From IMG/VR virus record IMGVR_UViG_3300024999_000030, positions 248,001 through 312,000 of that record: a stretch of DNA of 64,000 nt; one strand, 5' to 3'. The notes below the pieces were generated by a model that worked only from the letters and a program-made list of their open reading frames with translations, was not told where the DNA came from and searched no databases. Shown here one piece after another: positions 9,335 through 19,830 of the stretch (position 1 is the first letter of the stretch; every line of letters begins with the position of its first letter). The position numbers were made by a program, and so were the translations under genes.

Positions 9335-10303
9335 TTGGAGGATAATATGAGAACATTACAATATGTGAAGGAAAAAATATTAGAAAAATATAATGAAACC
9401 ATTATCTGCTTATCCACAAAATACATTAACAATAAAAGTAAACTATCGTGTCGTTGCAATACATGCCAACATAAATGGTTAATTAGTTTTAACGATTTAA
9501 GTAGTGGACATGGGTGCCCAAAATGCTCTAAGAGAATACATAAGCAACCAGAAGAAATATTAAGTCTGGTGCATAGTCGTGGTGGCCAGGTGTTATCTAT
9601 GCCAGAAAAAATTAGGCTTAATATAAAATTCTTAGTTAAATGTAAAAATGGCCACGAATTCAAAACTTCTTGTCGCGCTCTGTTTCACGATAAAACCTGG
9701 TGTCCCATTTGTAAATCTAATATTGAAGAAAATTTTTGTAGAAAGATACTTGAAACATTGTTTAAAGAAAAATTTCCAAGCGTAAGGCCTCACTGGTTAA
9801 AAAATAAAAACGGAAACACAATGCAACTTGACGGCTATTGTTGTGCTCTTAATCTAGCCTTTGAATACAATGGGGAGCAACATTATAAAAATATTAAATT
9901 TTTTAAAGAAAAGGCAGTGATGATACAGAAAAGAGACCAAGAGAAGGCTAACCTATGTTCTACATTAAACATTAAGTTAATTGTAATTCCATATACTGTG
10001 TCCAGACAAAACGTGGAAAGTTTCATAAGAATCGAATGTGAAAGGCTTGGGATTACAGTTCCCAATGATGATAAAATAGATATTAAAAATTTAAAAGTAT
10101 ATTCCACTAAATTAAAAGAATTTCAGCAGCTATGCCTTGCACACAATGTAGAATGTAAATCTACTCAATATATTGGGGCCTTTAAACATATGAATCTAAA
10201 ATGTCTTAAGTGTGAGAATGAATGGGTTTCATCTCCCATTAATTTCAAGAAACATCCCAACTGCTCAAAATGTCAAAAGAGAAAGGAAACAAATGGAACT
10301 TAA
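9335..10303 (+). CDS. putative free-standing homing endonuclease (zinc-ribbon repeats + PD-(D/E)xK/Vsr-like nuclease)
   Basis: Repeated C-x2-C-x-H-x-W...CPKC zinc ribbons flank LDGY...LAFEYNGEQHY...RDQEK; start may be ATG 9347. Confidence 0.75.
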   Translation: MEDNMRTLQYVKEKILEKYNETIICLSTKYINNKSKLSCRCNTCQHKWLISFNDLSSGHGCPKCSKRIHKQPEEILSLVHSRGGQVLSMPEKIRLNIKFLVKCKNGHEFKTSCRALFHDKTWCPICKSNIEENFCRKILETLFKEKFPSVRPHWLKNKNGNTMQLDGYCCALNLAFEYNGEQHYKNIKFFKEKAVMIQKRDQEKANLCSTLNIKLIVIPYTVSRQNVESFIRIECERLGITVPNDDKIDIKNLKVYSTKLKEFQQLCLAHNVECKSTQYIGAFKHMNLKCLKCENEWVSSPINFKKHPNCSKCQKRKETNGT

Positions 10304-11816
10304 AAAGCTTGGTATTTACGGATGTGAGGCAATTGAGGATTTAGTGTCGGCTGCACTTTTAACTGGTGACTCCGCTCTTTTTGTTGGAGCAGCTGGAAGC
10401 GGCAAAACTTTTATGTTAGAGAGAGTTGCCCAAACGCTCAATTTAAAATTCATTGCATACAATTGTTCCTCGGCTAATTTTGACGACATATGTGGATTTC
10501 CTATTTTAAACACAGAAAAAACTGAAATGAACTTTATCTCTACTCCGACTTCTATTTGGGGAGTCAACCTTGTGTTGTTGGATGAAATTAACAGAGCAAG
10601 GCTTGATATTCAAAATAACTATTTTCAGCTCATTAGAAACCGTAGTGTGCAGGGTAAGCGTGTAGATACATTGAAGTGGGTTTTTGCCGCCATGAACCCA
10701 TTGAGTTATGCTGGAACTCAGCCTTTAGATCAGGCTCTTGCAGATAGATTTGCATGGGTGATTAGAACTCCAGCATTTCATATTATTAATGAAGAAGACA
10801 GACATAATATCATCGGGAACATTACTGGTGATGATGCCCCTGCGATGAATCACTGGGGATTTTCTAAATCTTATCACCGCGATGAACAACTTACCGTGGG
10901 GCTTAAATCTTTCTTTGGTGCGGCGGCGGCTATATATAATGACTACCTTAATAACTGTAATGATGTTGTTAGTTATGTGGATGATTTTGTAATCTCAGTT
11001 AATAATTCTAGTGGATACTCTGGAGCAATTGAAGGTCGAAGAGCTGGTATTCTTCTTCGTAATATTCTATCTCTTGCTGCGGTGCGTGATGCTAGTGGTC
11101 TTCCTGGTGGCCTAGAGGCTGCTGCAGGTAAAGCAATTTTTCATTCATTTGTAAATGAAGCCATCGACCAGCCAATCCCAAATAAAATTTTAGAAACGGC
11201 TCATGAAAAAGCTAAAGTTTATTTGAGGAAATCGGCATCTTCTATTATGGAAACTATTGAACGATTGCCATTTTCCATTCAGAAAATTTCTAAGGGTATG
11301 GAACATAATATTGACCCCGTCGTTCTTGGTGGTTATGTGAACACCCATCTCACGGAAATTAATAAAGATGCGCCATTAACAGCGGCCTTTGCACTTGCTG
11401 TGTGGCCATATCTTAAAAATTCCAACGTGACTAACGATGCCTTGGCATCTGTGGCTGAGATTTTATCTGTTGCTCTGTCTAATCATAATTCTGATTTCTA
11501 TCGTTGCCCCGTTCTGTATGATATGCTTAATCCTAACTTACATTCTTTTACTGGTTTAAATGAAGTTATTAAATCTATTACTCCTGTTCCTGGACAAAAA
11601 TTTAATAACGTAACAGAGTTGTTAAAATCTGGTGACGCATTAGATAGCGTAGCTAAAAAGCTTGATCTTAATTTCCGTTATTATTATAATGATGCCCGGC
11701 TATTATCAGACTCTGCAAGGGCCATTAAAGCTTTGAAGGCTTATATGCGTATTTTATCTAATAATAATAAATTTACTCCGGCTAAGTTTGCCACTTCTCA
11801 ACAGAAGGGAGAATAA
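10293..11816 (+). CDS. MoxR-type AAA+ ATPase
   Basis: GAAGSGKT, LLDEINR, FAAMNP, LDQALADRF; ATG 10293 has SD AAAGGA. Confidence 0.9.
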   Translation: MELKKLGIYGCEAIEDLVSAALLTGDSALFVGAAGSGKTFMLERVAQTLNLKFIAYNCSSANFDDICGFPILNTEKTEMNFISTPTSIWGVNLVLLDEINRARLDIQNNYFQLIRNRSVQGKRVDTLKWVFAAMNPLSYAGTQPLDQALADRFAWVIRTPAFHIINEEDRHNIIGNITGDDAPAMNHWGFSKSYHRDEQLTVGLKSFFGAAAAIYNDYLNNCNDVVSYVDDFVISVNNSSGYSGAIEGRRAGILLRNILSLAAVRDASGLPGGLEAAAGKAIFHSFVNEAIDQPIPNKILETAHEKAKVYLRKSASSIMETIERLPFSIQKISKGMEHNIDPVVLGGYVNTHLTEINKDAPLTAAFALAVWPYLKNSNVTNDALASVAEILSVALSNHNSDFYRCPVLYDMLNPNLHSFTGLNEVIKSITPVPGQKFNNVTELLKSGDALDSVAKKLDLNFRYYYNDARLLSDSARAIKALKAYMRILSNNNKFTPAKFATSQQKGE

Positions 11817-11819
11817 AAA

Positions 11820-12644
11820 ATGGTAAAAATTACTTGCTTTACTACTGATAAGCTTCGAGCAACTCTTGAACCAGTTTTAATGATTTTAAGTGATGGAGAC
11901 GAAGCCGTTAATAAACTAATAGTTCTTAGGGAATTTGAAGATTCTGGTGACCCAAAATGCAGTGGGTGGGTTGTTAGTGATCAGGTTGGTCTTGATAAGG
12001 TTAAAGCCATCGTGGAAAAAAAGAAACTTAAGGACTCTTTTATTGTAACTGGTAGTGATTCTAAAAATTTTAATGTTGTTGATAATATTATGCGTAAGAC
12101 TGTATTTCCAGGTAAATTTCAACAGATGGTTGGTATTTCTGTTTCTGCAGATTTCTGGAACGCTGCTCGACTTAATGCCAACCGTCCCCCCAGCCATGGC
12201 GAAAATTCTGATGTGTTTACTTTTGAGGCTCTCAAGGAAATGTGGCGAGCCATTGGCAAAGGAGGTTTTAGTAGCAAAAGTAAGACAGACCTATATGAAG
12301 GGTTTGCTGAATCAGCTAGTGAAATGGCTACTGGACCAGAGAGTACTATCTGTGATAAACTACCAGCAAAAATGATTAAACTTGAAAGTTCTTATAATAC
12401 AACTAAACTTAAGACTAACTTTATAGCAAAAAATGCAGCTCAAGTTCTTGCGCTTACCTCTAGAACGTCTGGAAAAGTTCTTTATAATAAAGAATCTTCA
12501 CCAGAAATTACCAATGATACTATTCGAGTGAGCCATGTTTTGGTTGATATTGTTGATTTTTATGGAGACCCATCAATTGAAGATGGATTTTCTACCGACC
12601 AGGAGGCTCTTGAGGTTTTAAAGCCCGTTGTGGATAAAGGATAA
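11820..12644 (+). CDS. hypothetical protein within the AAA/vWA operon
   Basis: 274-aa ORF with SD GGGAG. Confidence 0.75.
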   Translation: MVKITCFTTDKLRATLEPVLMILSDGDEAVNKLIVLREFEDSGDPKCSGWVVSDQVGLDKVKAIVEKKKLKDSFIVTGSDSKNFNVVDNIMRKTVFPGKFQQMVGISVSADFWNAARLNANRPPSHGENSDVFTFEALKEMWRAIGKGGFSSKSKTDLYEGFAESASEMATGPESTICDKLPAKMIKLESSYNTTKLKTNFIAKNAAQVLALTSRTSGKVLYNKESSPEITNDTIRVSHVLVDIVDFYGDPSIEDGFSTDQEALEVLKPVVDKG

Positions 12645-12651
12645 ATAATAA

Positions 12652-14067
12652 ATGCCTGACAAAAAAGCGTTCGAGCCAGATGAATTTCGTAAAGATGTTA
12701 TCAATGCTATGGGTGCAAACGCTATGGCTATGTCTAACTTTGTACGTGTGTCGGATATTCAATTCGATACTATGGTTTCTACAGCTTGTATTACTCTGGA
12801 TGGTTTACCCACCATCCACGTTAATCCTGATTTTGTTGAGAAATATGCCACCACTCCAGAACATAGATTTGTTTTAATCTATCACGAACTTTTACATATG
12901 ATTTTGGGACACGGAACTAAGATTAGGGACACTGAAGATAATATTATTGCTGATGCTCTTATTAACGCAATGATTTGTTGCCAATATCCTCAGGCTAGAT
13001 ATACTCGGTTCTTTACTAATTTTTATGATGCTAAGGAATTTCCACAAAATATTTTAAGACCATATTCTAAATTTCAAAAGTTTACTCATCGGCAAAAATA
13101 TAGAAAGCTTTATTCTTTTGCTGGTATGTCGTGGGTGGATTTGAAGAGATGGTATAATGAGAATGCTAAAGAGCAAGAAGAAGATATTCAATCTCCTATT
13201 CTGCTAGGCTCTCATGGTAATATTAAGTCTTCAGATAGTGGTAGTGAAACTCTTCTTCCTATTGCAGAGGGGATTCAGGGCTCTATTAAAAGATCCATTC
13301 AAGAGGACGTTAAGAGACAACAGGAAAAAATTAGAAAGAAATATTATAGTCGCAACTCTCACAACTGGGATAAAATGAATGAAGAGCTTAAAGAATGTGA
13401 AAGTCAAGGCTTTAATGATAACGTATTTCTTCGCGCTATTACTCGTATGACGGAGTCCATAAAAAAGAAAAGCGTTATTGAAAAGGCTTTGCTTGAACAG
13501 TCAAAACAGAGTCTCTCGTCTCAAATTGAAACTACTATTAGAGGAATGTTTCCTAAAATTCCTGTCATGACCCCCATTCCTAATTTTAGAGATAGGTATG
13601 CCATTGCGGCCCAGCAAGCTGGGGTATACCGCCCATTCTATAAAAACCCATTAATTCCCAAAGACTATGGTGTATGTAATATTTATGTTGACGTCTCTGG
13701 AAGTATGGGAAATTATGTGAAGTTAGTATATAAAGTAGCCGTTGATTGTAAGGACTACCTTGATGATAAAATTTTCTTATTTTCAAATGTCATTGAGCCA
13801 ATCACTAAGGATGAACTATTAAAGGGCGTAATGAAGACCACCGGAGGAACGGATTTTGATATTATTGTTGATCATATGAAAAAAAATAATATTAAGAAAG
13901 CCGTTTTATTTACCGATGGGTGCGCTAGTATTAATGCAACTAGCTTAAGAACTATTGAAAAAAATGGACTAAGTATAATTTGTGTATTAACTCCCGGTGG
14001 AGATAGTAGAGTGGTTAATAAAATGTCTAAAAAAATTATAAATATTGAAAGAGGAGATGTGAAATAA
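12652..14067 (+). CDS. HExxH metallopeptidase-like + vWA protein (DUF2201-like)
   Basis: HELLH...NIIADALIN; MIDAS DVSGS, GGTDF, LFTDG. Confidence 0.88.
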   Translation: MPDKKAFEPDEFRKDVINAMGANAMAMSNFVRVSDIQFDTMVSTACITLDGLPTIHVNPDFVEKYATTPEHRFVLIYHELLHMILGHGTKIRDTEDNIIADALINAMICCQYPQARYTRFFTNFYDAKEFPQNILRPYSKFQKFTHRQKYRKLYSFAGMSWVDLKRWYNENAKEQEEDIQSPILLGSHGNIKSSDSGSETLLPIAEGIQGSIKRSIQEDVKRQQEKIRKKYYSRNSHNWDKMNEELKECESQGFNDNVFLRAITRMTESIKKKSVIEKALLEQSKQSLSSQIETTIRGMFPKIPVMTPIPNFRDRYAIAAQQAGVYRPFYKNPLIPKDYGVCNIYVDVSGSMGNYVKLVYKVAVDCKDYLDDKIFLFSNVIEPITKDELLKGVMKTTGGTDFDIIVDHMKKNNIKKAVLFTDGCASINATSLRTIEKNGLSIICVLTPGGDSRVVNKMSKKIINIERGDVK

Positions 14068-14861
14068 TGAAAACTAAAGTTACTATTCCAATTTTAGGTG
14101 ACAATAAAGATACTGATTTTGATCCGGCCAATGACATGATGGTAATGGTTATTGCCACCACTTCAAAAGGGAATGACGAAAAATGGAAAGTAAGAGTTGG
14201 ACGCAAGATTCATAAGGGAATGGGAACCTTAGCTACATCTCGGGGGTGTTATGGGTCTGGGTACACTACTAATAGTAATGCTGGCATTGTAGAATCTTTT
14301 GATTATAGAAAAAATATTGGAACTGGTTGTGTTGTTATGATTAATGGTATTGCTCGTCATGTTCAACTTCCCCCAGAATATAATGCTCCTAAAGAATATG
14401 CTCTTGACTATGATGATAGTTGTGTAGATATCATTGCGGTGGAATCTGAAGATCAAATTACGGATTTTTCTAAGGGCAACCTCACATATATTGGTGGATG
14501 TATTATCAATATAAAAAATCAAAACTTTGCCAGTGGTTCAATAAACATTATTGAAGACGCTGGATTTATAAATGAAAATATATTCCAATTGGCTTTTTCT
14601 CCTTCTAATTCAGAAAAAGAATATAACGATCTTATTTGTTTAAATACTAATTTAACTTGCGTAGAGGGAGTTGAAGTTTGCTTAAAACCTTCTTTGTTAT
14701 TTATTTCTTATAAAGTTTCACATACAACTATTTCAAACGTTTTAACTTGTTATTTAGAAAAATATATTGACAAAAGTAAGAAGGAGTATTATATTGGGTG
14801 TAGTGGTATAAAAGAAAATAAACTAAACGCTAGTATTATGTTAAATGTAGGAGACAATTAA
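14067..14861 (+). CDS. hypothetical protein
   Basis: 264-aa ORF, TAATG-coupled. Confidence 0.75.
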   Translation: MKTKVTIPILGDNKDTDFDPANDMMVMVIATTSKGNDEKWKVRVGRKIHKGMGTLATSRGCYGSGYTTNSNAGIVESFDYRKNIGTGCVVMINGIARHVQLPPEYNAPKEYALDYDDSCVDIIAVESEDQITDFSKGNLTYIGGCIINIKNQNFASGSINIIEDAGFINENIFQLAFSPSNSEKEYNDLICLNTNLTCVEGVEVCLKPSLLFISYKVSHTTISNVLTCYLEKYIDKSKKEYYIGCSGIKENKLNASIMLNVGDN

Positions 14862-15649
14862 TGCGGGACTATAAGGCGTTTACAATAGAATTGTCTGGAA
14901 ACAGGAAGACAAAATATATTGTGGACGTTACTAAAGGTTGTGTTGGGGCAAAGGTTATTGATGGAGGGTGTTATAGTTCTTGTTTCTCATTAAAAATGGC
15001 AAGGATGGCGGGGGTTAATTTTACCCACACCATAGTAGGGACCCTCAATGAAGAGCTTTTAAAGAAACAATTAAATAAAACAGTGGATCAAAATTATATT
15101 CGGATTGGTGTTACTGGAGACCCATCTGAAGCGTGGCCTCTAACCGTTCGCGTTGCTCAATTAATAAGGGAGGCTAATATTGCGCCAATCGTAACCACTA
15201 AAGCGTGGAGAGTTCCAACTGTAAAACAAATAAAGGATATGGTTGATGCGGAAACATTTCTTCATGTATCTTGTTCTGGTTTAGATACTAGGGGACAAAC
15301 CGTACGCAGATTAAACGTATTGGATTCGTTTTGGAGGGCGAAGGGAAATGCTGTAATGCGTATTGTTTCTGCTCCTTTTGTATTTGGAACTAAAGAATAT
15401 ATTTCACAGGAATATCTTATTGGATTTGCTAATTCAAGAAATATTCCAATTTTAGAAACCCCTCTGCGTATGTTTAAAAACGTACCATTTTTTAAAACCA
15501 TAGATGAAACGAAGCTTTCACATCACGTTTCTATTTTTACTGGGAAGCCTGATTCTCAGTTGACCGCAGGGTTTATATTAACTACTAATCCCCAAAATAT
15601 GTGCCACAAATGTGAGGAGTGTGCAAATGAGTGTCAACCGAAAAGCTAA
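14861..15649 (+). CDS. radical-SAM-like Fe-S protein
   Basis: KGC-x9-C-x3-C, then RIGVTGDP, TTK and HVSCSG; C-terminal CxxCxxCxxxC. Confidence 0.6.
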   Translation: MRDYKAFTIELSGNRKTKYIVDVTKGCVGAKVIDGGCYSSCFSLKMARMAGVNFTHTIVGTLNEELLKKQLNKTVDQNYIRIGVTGDPSEAWPLTVRVAQLIREANIAPIVTTKAWRVPTVKQIKDMVDAETFLHVSCSGLDTRGQTVRRLNVLDSFWRAKGNAVMRIVSAPFVFGTKEYISQEYLIGFANSRNIPILETPLRMFKNVPFFKTIDETKLSHHVSIFTGKPDSQLTAGFILTTNPQNMCHKCEECANECQPKS

Positions 15650-15995
15650 AACTAAAAACCTTAAGAAGTATGAAGAGTATCGTACGGCTCTAAGTGGATT
15701 TATTGCTAATCCCTCTAAAGAGACCCTATCTAAATTACGCGGAATAGAGTATACACAGAATGCGTGTTGCCCTAAAAATGCTTATGATACTCCATCTGAC
15801 CCTACGGCAAACTGTGACAAGTGTCTTGTAAAACAACCTATTGATAACATGGAAGCGATGTGTTTGCTTTGTTATATTGACGATGCCGATATTGAGAATA
15901 AAGCAGATCCAATTGCCGCAGCTCTTGTTGCCGCTTTAATGCTTCAACCCCTGTTTGAATCGGAGGAGTCGGAACCTCGGGCTAAAGATGTATAA
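15612..15995 (+). CDS. short member of the Cys-rich paralog family
   Basis: FIANPSKET, CCP...CDKC...CLLC, AALMLQPL; start may be ATG 15627. Confidence 0.65.
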   Translation: MRSVQMSVNRKAKTKNLKKYEEYRTALSGFIANPSKETLSKLRGIEYTQNACCPKNAYDTPSDPTANCDKCLVKQPIDNMEAMCLLCYIDDADIENKADPIAAALVAALMLQPLFESEESEPRAKDV

Positions 15996-16045
15996 GTAAA
16001 TGAATTTTTAAGCCACGACTATAGAAATATATTTAGGAGAATATA

Positions 16046-17230
16046 ATGATACAGTGGACAAAAGAAAGTAAGATTCCGATTAAAAGCTGGTGCCTCAATA
16101 TCGAAGGGGAAGCCCTTAAGCAGGCAATTGATTTATCTCTATTGTCCGTGGCTAAGCACCATGTTGCATTGATGCCAGATTGTCATAGTGGATTTGGTAT
16201 GCCTATTGGTGGGGTGGTGGCGTTGGAAGACGCCATCGCCCCTAATTTAGTGGGGGTGGATATTGGTTGTGGTATGGGAGCTATTAGAACTAATATTAAA
16301 GCTGGTTTAGTTTCAAAGGCCGATATCGAAGAGGTAATTGAAAGACTAGGTAAGTTAATTCCTGTTGGATTTAATTCTCATGACCATCGTATTGAGTGGA
16401 CAAGTTTTGATAATACCCCATATAAGACTTCGGTGAAAAATACATTTGTTTCAGAAGAAGAAATTAATAAAGCTAAGTATCAATTAGGAACTCTTGGAGG
16501 TGGTAATCACTTTTTAGAATTAGATAAAGATACTGATGGAAAAGTGTGGTTGCTTTTACATTCTGGTTCCCGTAATTTCGGATATGGTATTGCTAAGCGC
16601 TATCATGAAAAAGCAATTAAATATTGTGAAGATAATAAATTAGATTTACCAAATAAGGGGCTTGCATATTTTCATTTATCGTCCGACGAGGGTCAAGATT
16701 ATTTTAACGCAATGACTCTGGCTTTAGATTTTGCAAAAGAAAATCGACGTATTATGATGGAAGCCTTTAAAAAGGTAGTTAATAAAGTTTTTAAACATGT
16801 TGAATTTTTAGATGAATTTAATATTCACCATAATTATGCTGCTATTGAAAATCATTTTGGTTCTAATTTAATAGTTCATCGTAAGGGCGCCGTCGATGCT
16901 TCTATCGGAAGTAAGGGCTTGGTTCCGGGTTCGATGGGAACCTCTTCTTATATCGTTGAGGGACTTGGTAACGATGAGTCTTTTAGATCTTGCTCTCATG
17001 GAGCTGGAAGAAAGATGGCAAGAGGAGCGGCAAATAGAACTATTGATAAAGCGGAGGCAGATCGTCTGATGCATGGCATTGTTCATCAATGGGGAAAAGA
17101 TAGAAAAGGAAGTTTAGATTTATCTGAAGCCCCTCAGGCTTATAAAGACATTGATGTTGTAATGGAGGCTCAATCTGATTTAGCTAAACCAATTCATTCT
17201 TTAACACCTATGGGCGTTTTGAAAGGCTAA
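16046..17230 (+). CDS. rtcB: RtcB RNA ligase
   Basis: MPDCH, VGVDIGCG, LGTLGGGNHF, HSGSR, HHNY, HRKGA, PGSMG, SHGAGR, EAPQAYKDI all present. Confidence 0.96.
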   Translation: MIQWTKESKIPIKSWCLNIEGEALKQAIDLSLLSVAKHHVALMPDCHSGFGMPIGGVVALEDAIAPNLVGVDIGCGMGAIRTNIKAGLVSKADIEEVIERLGKLIPVGFNSHDHRIEWTSFDNTPYKTSVKNTFVSEEEINKAKYQLGTLGGGNHFLELDKDTDGKVWLLLHSGSRNFGYGIAKRYHEKAIKYCEDNKLDLPNKGLAYFHLSSDEGQDYFNAMTLALDFAKENRRIMMEAFKKVVNKVFKHVEFLDEFNIHHNYAAIENHFGSNLIVHRKGAVDASIGSKGLVPGSMGTSSYIVEGLGNDESFRSCSHGAGRKMARGAANRTIDKAEADRLMHGIVHQWGKDRKGSLDLSEAPQAYKDIDVVMEAQSDLAKPIHSLTPMGVLKG

Positions 17231-17386
17231 AATGACTAATGATATTTTTAATACTTATTTATCGGTTGAAGATTTCCAAAAAACACATGAACTAAGCATT
17301 AAGAGTACCTGGAAAATATATGAATTAAACATATCGGAAGATCCAAATCTATATACTTTTGGTGCTATGATGAAACGGATTATTAA

Positions 17387-17860
17387 ATGTCCTTAAGTCT
17401 TAAGGGGGCCGAGTCAGAAGCTATGTTTGCATATGTGTCCCTAAAACAGAAATGGGAAATTTCAGAACCCGTTCATCATTCTCCATATGCATATGATTTT
17501 GTGATTCGAAGACATAGTAAAAAGTGGGAAACGGTACAAGTTAAAACAGCTTGGGCCGCAAAAACAAAGTCTAATAAAAAAGAAATTAGAATTACGCTCA
17601 GAAAAACAAATGGAAAGGGTAAGGTTTCCAAATATGAAATGGGCGATTTTGATTTATTATGTGTTATTTATTATGACGATATGTGGTTAATCCCATGGAA
17701 TCAAATACAATCTCAAACCACTGTGGTTGTTTCTTGTGAAAAGTATGATGGATATAAGGTAGACACTAATCGAGGAATAAAACCTAAGACCACTATCCTG
17801 AGGAATAAAAATGTCAAACTTAAAAATGTTAAAATTAAAGGGGTTAAACCCAGGAAATAG
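17387..17860 (+). CDS. PD-(D/E)xK endonuclease (free-standing, homing-type)
   Basis: KG-x-ESE, YDFVI, VQVKT, Y-x3-DFD...WLIP. Confidence 0.75.
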   Translation: MSLSLKGAESEAMFAYVSLKQKWEISEPVHHSPYAYDFVIRRHSKKWETVQVKTAWAAKTKSNKKEIRITLRKTNGKGKVSKYEMGDFDLLCVIYYDDMWLIPWNQIQSQTTVVVSCEKYDGYKVDTNRGIKPKTTILRNKNVKLKNVKIKGVKPRK

Positions 17861-18123
17861 TCATCCAATAGATTTTCTTGCAAATCTTAAACGCTTTGTA
17901 AATAATCCCACAAATGGAAATTGGAAACGGTTATGTGTTAAAAGGCCCCCATGCGGTTTAAACATGGGGGGGGTTTTGTCTTCATAGCTCTTGTTCATCT
18001 CGATGTCATTTAATGTATGACTATTCTACTTTATCTATGAAAATAATTAATGCAGTAGAGATGATTGCTAAGATAGAGATATGGAAAAATGAACACTACC
18101 TTGGAGAAGAATATGACAAATAA
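17811..18123 (+). pseudogene. frameshifted member of the Cys-rich paralog family (G8 run at 17966-17973)
   Basis: ATG 17811 gives ...RFVNNPTNGNWKRL...CGLNMGG and then stops. Deleting one G continues FCLHSSCSSRCHLMY...AVEMIAKIE to TAA 18123, a 103-aa product. Confidence 0.55.
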
Positions 18124-18346
18124 CAGTATGCAAGTCGGTGATCGTGTCTGTTTATCTAACTATGAATCTGTCAGAGGTTTTGTTGAATCTATAGATGGCA
18201 ATGTAGCAACGATTAGATTGGATTCCGGTTATAGTATTATTGTAACAATTAATTCTTTAGAAAAAGTTATTCTATATACTGCTCATAGTGTTGATTGGTT
18301 AAAATCGCTTGACCCCTGCGATTCCAGAAAACCAAGATTAGAATGA
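18113..18346 (+). CDS. small SH3/KOW-like protein
   Basis: MQVGDRV...GFVESIDGNVATIRLDSG; SD GGAG before ATG 18113. Confidence 0.6.
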   Translation: MTNNSMQVGDRVCLSNYESVRGFVESIDGNVATIRLDSGYSIIVTINSLEKVILYTAHSVDWLKSLDPCDSRKPRLE

Positions 18347-18852
18347 ATAATTTTGATATTATTAAATGGTTGATTGTTAAGGCAGAAAAAGATCAATCTA
18401 AAAACTCAACTTCAATTCATCTGACATTGAAAGTATTCTTCGAGAAATATCAAATGACCAAAGTCATTTTGAATATAATCCTAGTGCTATTCCAGTAGAG
18501 GGGTGTAAAGTTATACATTATCGTATTACTATAGAACCCATTAATATGTCTGATAGTACTTTTTCAGGATAAATAGCGATGTCCTCCTTGTTTATTTTGG
18601 AAAGGGCTCTTGATATAGGATTTAATTCCTATAAGGCTCCACATTCAAAATAAAAGATTAATTAATAAAAGATATCACTCAAGTCTTCTTCTCGGATTGT
18701 GGAGGCTATTAGAGAGTCTGGAGGGGTAATGAACCATAGAGGTATTAGTATTTCATTCACTTGGAGTAGGTGGAAGAGAAATAAAAAACTCATTTGGGTA
18801 CGTAAACTTATTGAATCTTTTAGAAATGAACAGCTGTTAGTTATAAATACAA

Positions 18853-19224
18853 ATGGAGATAAGTATGAATAATAAGGATAATCTATTATTTCTTCTCCAG
18901 ATTAATTCTATTGTGGCTTTATCTGGTCTTGCCTGTGTTGTTGGAGGGTTTGTAGAATTAATTTGGCCAGGATTAATATGGTTAATATCACTAATATGGG
19001 ACTGTTTGGTTTTTTGGTTTTCAATTGAAGCTAGCTCCTGGTGGGTTGCAATGAATACAATAATTATAGGTTGTATAATTATACCCACTTGTTTTTTTAT
19101 TGAATCTAAATTAAATCCAAAATACGAAGAGGCTTTAGCTAAATTTAAACCTACAAGTAAAATTTGGCAAGGAAGTTCTGCTCGACAAATATCAATAAGG
19201 AATAAAAGAAAGTGGGGTAGGTGA
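18853..19224 (+). CDS. hypothetical membrane protein
   Basis: Two to three hydrophobic segments. Confidence 0.6.
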   Translation: MEISMNNKDNLLFLLQINSIVALSGLACVVGGFVELIWPGLIWLISLIWDCLVFWFSIEASSWWVAMNTIIIGCIIIPTCFFIESKLNPKYEEALAKFKPTSKIWQGSSARQISIRNKRKWGR

Positions 19225-19226
19225 TT

Positions 19227-19412
19227 ATGAAATATAGAGTTTATTTAATGGTAAAGCAATTATGTCCTCAGCCGTATCCATTGAAGCTGACAGTGAGGAA
19301 GAGGCTAAAAAATAAAGCTTTGGAAATTGCTGATCATGGAAACGTTGTTTGGGATTATATGGGTTTGGTAGATGGATTTCCTATAGAAGTGGATAAAATC
19401 CGAGGAGAATAA
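19227..19412 (+). CDS. small hypothetical protein, apparently with two compensating homopolymer frameshifts
   Basis: The alternative frame in the middle reads NGKAIMSSAVSIEADSEEEAK, a typical EAxSEEEA small-phage-protein motif. Confidence 0.5.
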   Translation: MKYRVYLMVKQLCPQPYPLKLTVRKRLKNKALEIADHGNVVWDYMGLVDGFPIEVDKIRGE

Positions 19413-19413
19413 T

Positions 19414-19677
19414 ATGAATAATAAAAAAGTTAGTGGCATGACTCTTAATATCGCTAGAGATAAAATGTTTAAAGTGAGTAAAGATTTTGAAAAATTAACT
19501 AAGGAGCTTAGTTCTATTACCGCTTTTTTAGAGGAAAGGGGTAATCAAATTGAGAACCAACAGGATGTGGAAATTATGCGGGCTGCGGTTGAATCATTTA
19601 AAAGCTTATCTCAGGCAGTAGAGGCGGCTAGTTCGTGGATAAATTTCCTAGATCAATATGGCCCGACATCAGATTAA
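19414..19677 (+). CDS. hypothetical helical protein
   Basis: SD GAGGAG; 87 aa. Confidence 0.7.
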   Translation: MNNKKVSGMTLNIARDKMFKVSKDFEKLTKELSSITAFLEERGNQIENQQDVEIMRAAVESFKSLSQAVEAASSWINFLDQYGPTSD

Positions 19678-19784
19678 TTTTCAGGGGGAGAATAAAGACA
19701 TTAGCTCTGATTTGCTACCTAAAACTATTTTTGATACTTGGTTAGCCTATGAGATTGATAATCTTGAATTTAATGAATTGGTTC

Positions 19785-19818
19785 GTCAGATGCTAGGAGT
19801 TGAACCCTAGCATCTGAC
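19785..19818. terminator. terminator hairpin between convergent genes
   Basis: GTCAGATGCTAGG-N8-CCTAGCATCTGAC, 13-bp perfect stem. Confidence 0.75.
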
Positions 19819-19830
19819 ACTTTATTTACT

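Noticed and set aside
9335-10303. Endonuclease as part of a self-splicing intron
   Set aside because: Flanking genes appear complete and there is no non-coding space for a ribozyme core; treated as free-standing.
19785-19818. Minus-strand hairpin with a GGTTCAACTCC loop resembling a tRNA T-arm or minihelix
   Set aside because: No D or anticodon arms, an 8-nt loop and no adjacent NCCA. It overlaps the end of a short + strand ORF (...QMLGVEP*) and sits between convergent genes, so a terminator explains it.
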